DNA from: Chrysochromulina tobinii
Lineage: Eukaryota
Direction of reading: 5' to 3'
Assembly (NCBI GenBank): GCA_001275005.1
Contig: JWZX01002972.1
Span: 1 to 46,248 of the forward strand
DNA length: 46,248 nt
The notes beneath the pieces are model-generated. The model was not told where the DNA came from, did not search any database, and was given only the letters and a program-made list of their open reading frames with translations. Below are positions 42,218 through 46,248 of this stretch, in pieces (position 1 is the stretch's first letter; every line of letters starts with the position of its first letter). Position numbers and translations under genes: made by a program.

Positions 42218-44475
42218 TCACTTCAATTTGGCGAGCGCTTGCGCGCGATATTTGTCAAAGGACTCAGCCTTGCTGACCGCCCCTCCATCGACCACCCACA
42301 CCTCCTTGGCCACGCGGCCGACGAAGTACTGGTCGTGGCTGACGAGCACGACGCCACCCTCGAAGCGCTCGATGCAGTCGGCGAGTGCGACGACCGACTC
42401 GAGGTCGAGGTTGTTGGTGGGCTCGTCGAGCACGAGCACGTGCGGCTTCGTGTACGAGACGGCAGCGAGCGAGACGCGCGAGCGCTGCCCACCCGAGAGC
42501 GCAGAGGCGGGCAATGTCATCAGCTGCGAGGTGACGCCGCACCCACTCAAGTGTGAACGGATCGCCTGCTCGTGTTCGTAACTGCCGTCGCCCGGAAACT
42601 TGTCGAGCATGAAGCGCAGCGGCGAAAGCGTCAGGTCGATCTGGTCGGCGTGATGCTGGTTGACAAGGGCGATGCGGACGCCACTCGCGTGTGTGATGGT
42701 CCCCTCGGTGGCCTCGAGGTCTCCGAGCATCAGCCTGACCAGCGTCGTCTTGCCGTTGCCGTTCTCGCCGAGCAACACGATGCGCGATTTGGAGTCGATG
42801 CCCATCTCGGCGCCTCGGAAGAGGAAGGGCAGGTCGGTCGTGTACCGGAACCCTACATTCTTGATCTGCACTACGAAGCCGCTGAGCTCGCCTCCCGCCT
42901 TGAGCGAGAGAGGGATCTCGGCGTCCTCCTGGAGCGCGGCAGCCTCGATCTCGAGGTTCTTGAGCTCTTCCTCGAGCTTCTCCGCCTGCTTTTGCTTCAT
43001 CTTGTACAGCTTCATTGCCTTGGGCGTGCTGCCGATCATGCCGGGGTTGAAGTCGCGCAGATCCTTGATCTCGCGCTCCTTGGACGCCTTCGCGCGCGCG
43101 TGCGTGAGCTGCTGCTGCTCGCGCCGCTGCGTCCACGTCGTGTAGTTGCCCTTGCTCTGCGTGAGCTGGCGCGCAGCGCCCGAGATGTGCAGCGTGTCGG
43201 TGGTGATCTCGTCGAGGAAGCAACGGTCGTGCGAGACGACGGCGACGATGCGCTGCTTCCACGTCTCGTTCGTCGCGAGCTCACGCGCGAGCCAGAGCAC
43301 TGCTCCAATCGACAGGTGGTTCGTCGGCTCGTCGAGCAACAGCAGGTCCGGCTTGGCGAAGATGGCGGCGGCGAGCGCGGTGCGCACACGCCATCCGCCC
43401 GAAAGTGCGTTCATCGGCCGGGCGCGCAACTCGGCCGAGAACCCGAGGTTGATGAGCAGCGTCGTCGCGCGCTCCTGGGCTGTCTCCGCCTCAATGTTCT
43501 CAAGCATCTGCTGCAACTCGATGAGACGGCGCGCCTCGGCATCGTCCGCCGCGTCCCTCCCGCTTAGTGCGGCCTGCTCCTCGAGAGCCGAACGCGCTGT
43601 GGTGAGCACTTGCATGCAAGGCAGGTCATCACTGGCAATCAACGTGCCTGCTCCTCAAGCAGCATGCGACGTTCGATGTCGGCGTGAACCACGAACTGCA
43701 CGGGCGTCCACAGCAGCATCGCCTCGTCGAGCTGCACCTCCTGCGACACGTAGTGCACGGTCACCTCGGGAGGAATGTTGCCCACCGTACGGCTCGCAAG
43801 GGCGCGCAGCAGCGTCGATTTCCCCTTGCCGTTGCGTCCGATCAGGCCGTAGACGCGGCCGCGCACGAGCGTGAAGGACGCATTCTCGAGCAGGGGTGTC
43901 CCGCCGCCCGGGTTAGGCAGCGGGAACGGCTTTGCCTCGATTTGGCCCGTGAACGCGCCGATCTTCCGGCGCAGCGTCACCGCGCGCGCCATCGCCGCCT
44001 GCAGCGCCGCCTCCTCTTCTTGCCGCTGCACGGCGATGCGCAGGTACGTCGCCTTGCACGCACGCCGCTCGGCCTCCTCGGCTGCCTTGCGTTTCTTGCG
44101 CGAATCGAGCGCCTCGTCCATCGACACGAGCCGACCGCCCAGCTCCGTGCCCGCCTCCCTGAAGGCGTCCTCGCCGCCGTCGAGCGCCGCCATCGTCGTT
44201 GCCTTGCTGAGCACTTTTAGGCCCGTATCAGAAAGGTCGACGGCCTGGGCCGCGAGTGGCGCGAGCGCGTCGAGCAGCTTGCGGCACTGCACCGTCGCTT
44301 CATCCTCGCTCTCGACGACTCCACACGAGAGCAGGAAGCCCTCGAGCGCCTCTCGCTTCTCCGTCTCTTCCTCTTCGCCTTCCATCATGTTGACGATGTA
44401 ATCGATGATGTCGACGTCAAGGCCCGAAGGCAGGTGCGATATGCAGATGTTGCGGACATTGTCGGTTGCGGACAT
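42218..44475 (-). CDS. ABCF-family ATPase (GCN20/ABCF3-like); 2 exons (44475-43648, 43573-42218)
   Basis: N-terminal LDVDIIDYIV; GRNGKGKST, LSGGW, DEPTNHL, VSHD; second NBD GENGNGKTT, LSGGQ, DEPTNNL; no TM domains. Confidence 0.95.
43574..43647 (-). other. 74-bp GC-AG intron, introner-like, ending with a duplicate of the upstream exon
   Basis: CTTGAGGAGCAG|GCACGTTGATTGCCAGTGATGACCTGCCTTGCATGCAAGTGCTCACCACAGCGCGTTCGGCTCTCGAGGAGCAG|GCCGCA; removal gives ERRMLLEEQ|AALSGRD in frame. Confidence 0.8.
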
Positions 44476-44674
44476 GTCTCGGTTGCGCCCTTCGGAACGA
44501 GCCCAGACATCGTCGACGTGATGACGAAGTTCATTCTTTATGAATTCACACCACACGATCACAACACATGTGCGCATCGCAGAGGTCCGGCTAATGTTGT
44601 ACCTTTCGGCGCGTACAAATTGTAGGGCGTCTCTTTCCTAGCGGGGAAACTAACGGCTTGTATCGTTGCAAGTT

Positions 44675-46248
44675 ATGCGTTGTCATTTCCTCGTCGTCTT
44701 GCTGGCGAGGGCCTCGGCCTGGTCAGCGGGCTACGCAGATCCCGTGCACGTGATCGGCCAGAGCCACAACCTCGTGCGTTGGACGTTCGGCGACCAACGC
44801 ACGGGCACCACGCTCGGCGACCGCACTTCGGGCCTGCAGGGCGCCATCACGTATGCCTTTGACCCGGGGCTGTGCGACGCGCTGCTGCCGCTGTTTCCCG
44901 AGGAGTACGAGTTCCGAACGGGCTGGTTCGGCCTGTGGGAGCAGAGCCTGCCCTCCTTCGTTGATTGTGACCGGATCAAGCACTCCATCCGCAAGGCGTT
45001 CCACGCATGGGAGGCGGCGAACGCGAACGTGCGCTTCTTCGACGTCACCGACATGTGCGCGAACGCATGGCGCTCGCCAGCCGCGCCTGCGCCGTCGATG
45101 CCGCCAAGGCCGCCCAATCAACCTAAAACGCCGCCTGCCCCACCGCCGCGGTCGCCGCCGCCGTCAACCCCGCCTTGTCCACCGCCGAAATTTCCGATTC
45201 GTCGCCCGTCGAGCCCTCCAAGCCCCTTGCGCCCTCCTCCATCGAGGCCGCCGCCTTACGCGGCGCCCGGAGGGGGGCAATTCGGCGTACCGCGCACCAA
45301 GACCGGCGCGAGCACGTGCTATGACAATGCGACGATCAGCTGCATCTCGTGCGAGTACGCGGAGATCATCATCACCGGCTTCTTCTCCGAGACTCCCGGA
45401 CCAGATGGGCTGCGGCCCGTCGATCGGATGGACAAGACGGGCGCAGCGCGCACGCCGCTCGTGCTCTTCCCCGAGAACAACCCTCCGCTGGTGGCGAAGA
45501 TGGACTACTCTCCGGGCGCATGGCTCTACGGTGACGTGCGAACCGGCGAGTGGGTCGGCGGCTTCGCACCCACTGGCCCGGCCGAGGGACGCCAAATCCA
45601 CAGCGCAACCCTGCAGCTCGATGTGAACGAGGAGCGCTGCTGGTGGTACGAGGACGACTTCTGTTCGATGCTCTTTCGCCAGCAGTCTGAGCAAGAGGGC
45701 GACGTGTACACGACCTTCACGTCCTGGACGTATACGATCTTCACGATCGGCATCGCAGTCCTCTCTGTGTTATGCTTGTACCGTTTGTACAAGATCTTTC
45801 AGATGCTGGCCCTAGCTTGGGACGTGGACGGCGACGGCGTCGTCGAGGTCTGGGAGGTTGCGCTGGCCTTGAAGTTCATCTTCCTGGGCTTCATCTACAA
45901 GGTGCGCGCGATCGTCCAGAGGTTGCGCCGCAAGCCCGTGCTGGAGGAGCCCGCGTGGTACGCCACCCACCCTCTCGAGTGGCGCCCGGCGTTCTTCGGC
46001 GTCTTCCTATCGTTCGCCGATCTTGAGCTGCAGGTGCTCTTCTTCGTGGTTTCGTGCATCTTCGTTCCGCCGCAGCTGCTCTCCATGATGGTCGAACCAT
46101 GCCGCGGGTGCACCGACTTCCACTCGGTCGTACTTCGCCAGATCGGCTATCTTCTTGGGTTGCAGGTCAGCATTCCGCCGCCGCCCGTGCCCCCCGGCCC
46201 GCCGCCACCCCTAAGGCCACCCTCCCCGCCCATGCCGCCCGCCAGGCC
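44675..46248 (+). CDS. Partial (3'-truncated) secretory-pathway matrixin/peptidase M10-like protein with inserted TM hairpin and EF-hand; degenerate zinc motif
   Basis: Stop-free frame from ATG 44675 to the window end (absent from the ORF track): signal peptide MRCHFLVVLLARASA, ITYAFD, IRKAFHAWEA..VRFFDV, AEIIITGF, LQLDVNEERCW, TM, DVDGDGVVEVWE, TM, CTDFHSVVLRQIGYLLGL, Pro-rich tracts. Confidence 0.75.
   Translation, partial: MRCHFLVVLLARASAWSAGYADPVHVIGQSHNLVRWTFGDQRTGTTLGDRTSGLQGAITYAFDPGLCDALLPLFPEEYEFRTGWFGLWEQSLPSFVDCDRIKHSIRKAFHAWEAANANVRFFDVTDMCANAWRSPAAPAPSMPPRPPNQPKTPPAPPPRSPPPSTPPCPPPKFPIRRPSSPPSPLRPPPSRPPPYAAPGGGQFGVPRTKTGASTCYDNATISCISCEYAEIIITGFFSETPGPDGLRPVDRMDKTGAARTPLVLFPENNPPLVAKMDYSPGAWLYGDVRTGEWVGGFAPTGPAEGRQIHSATLQLDVNEERCWWYEDDFCSMLFRQQSEQEGDVYTTFTSWTYTIFTIGIAVLSVLCLYRLYKIFQMLALAWDVDGDGVVEVWEVALALKFIFLGFIYKVRAIVQRLRRKPVLEEPAWYATHPLEWRPAFFGVFLSFADLELQVLFFVVSCIFVPPQLLSMMVEPCRGCTDFHSVVLRQIGYLLGLQVSIPPPPVPPGPPPPLRPPSPPMPPAR

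Overview
Gene-dense, GC-rich, intron-poor eukaryotic nuclear DNA, most likely a haptophyte alga (Chrysochromulina/Prymnesiales-like; inferred from the spliceosomal introns, a bipartite plastid-targeting presequence, a Cys-rich PAN-like module and the intron repeat motifs). About 19 protein-coding genes: BTB-BACK-NHL, F-box/LRR, an 11-repeat filamin protein, an OSCA/TMEM63-like channel, a repeat-containing unknown protein, an EF-hand/coiled-coil/calflagin-like protein, a methyltransferase-PAN fusion, plastid-targeted 6-phosphogluconolactonase, a TLC-domain protein, an acylated TPR protein, F-box/HEAT, NOL8, ATIC/purH, proteasome beta5, a giant GRIP golgin, MTA/SAH nucleosidase, a sphingomyelinase-like EEP enzyme, an ABCF ATPase and a partial matrixin-like gene missed by the ORF track. 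The most striking signals are: (1) two short introns with shared sequence motifs, each flanked by a duplication of the host exon that supplies a splice site (introner-like intron gain); (2) a matrixin-like protein whose catalytic domain is split by a transmembrane hairpin carrying an EF-hand and whose zinc motif is fully degenerate; (3) three genes each broken by a +1 frameshift; (4) a hAT-like transposon end, a foldback palindrome and a Helitron-like terminus in intergenic DNA. No rRNA, tRNA or CRISPR arrays were seen. All calls come from reading the sequence; no searches were run.
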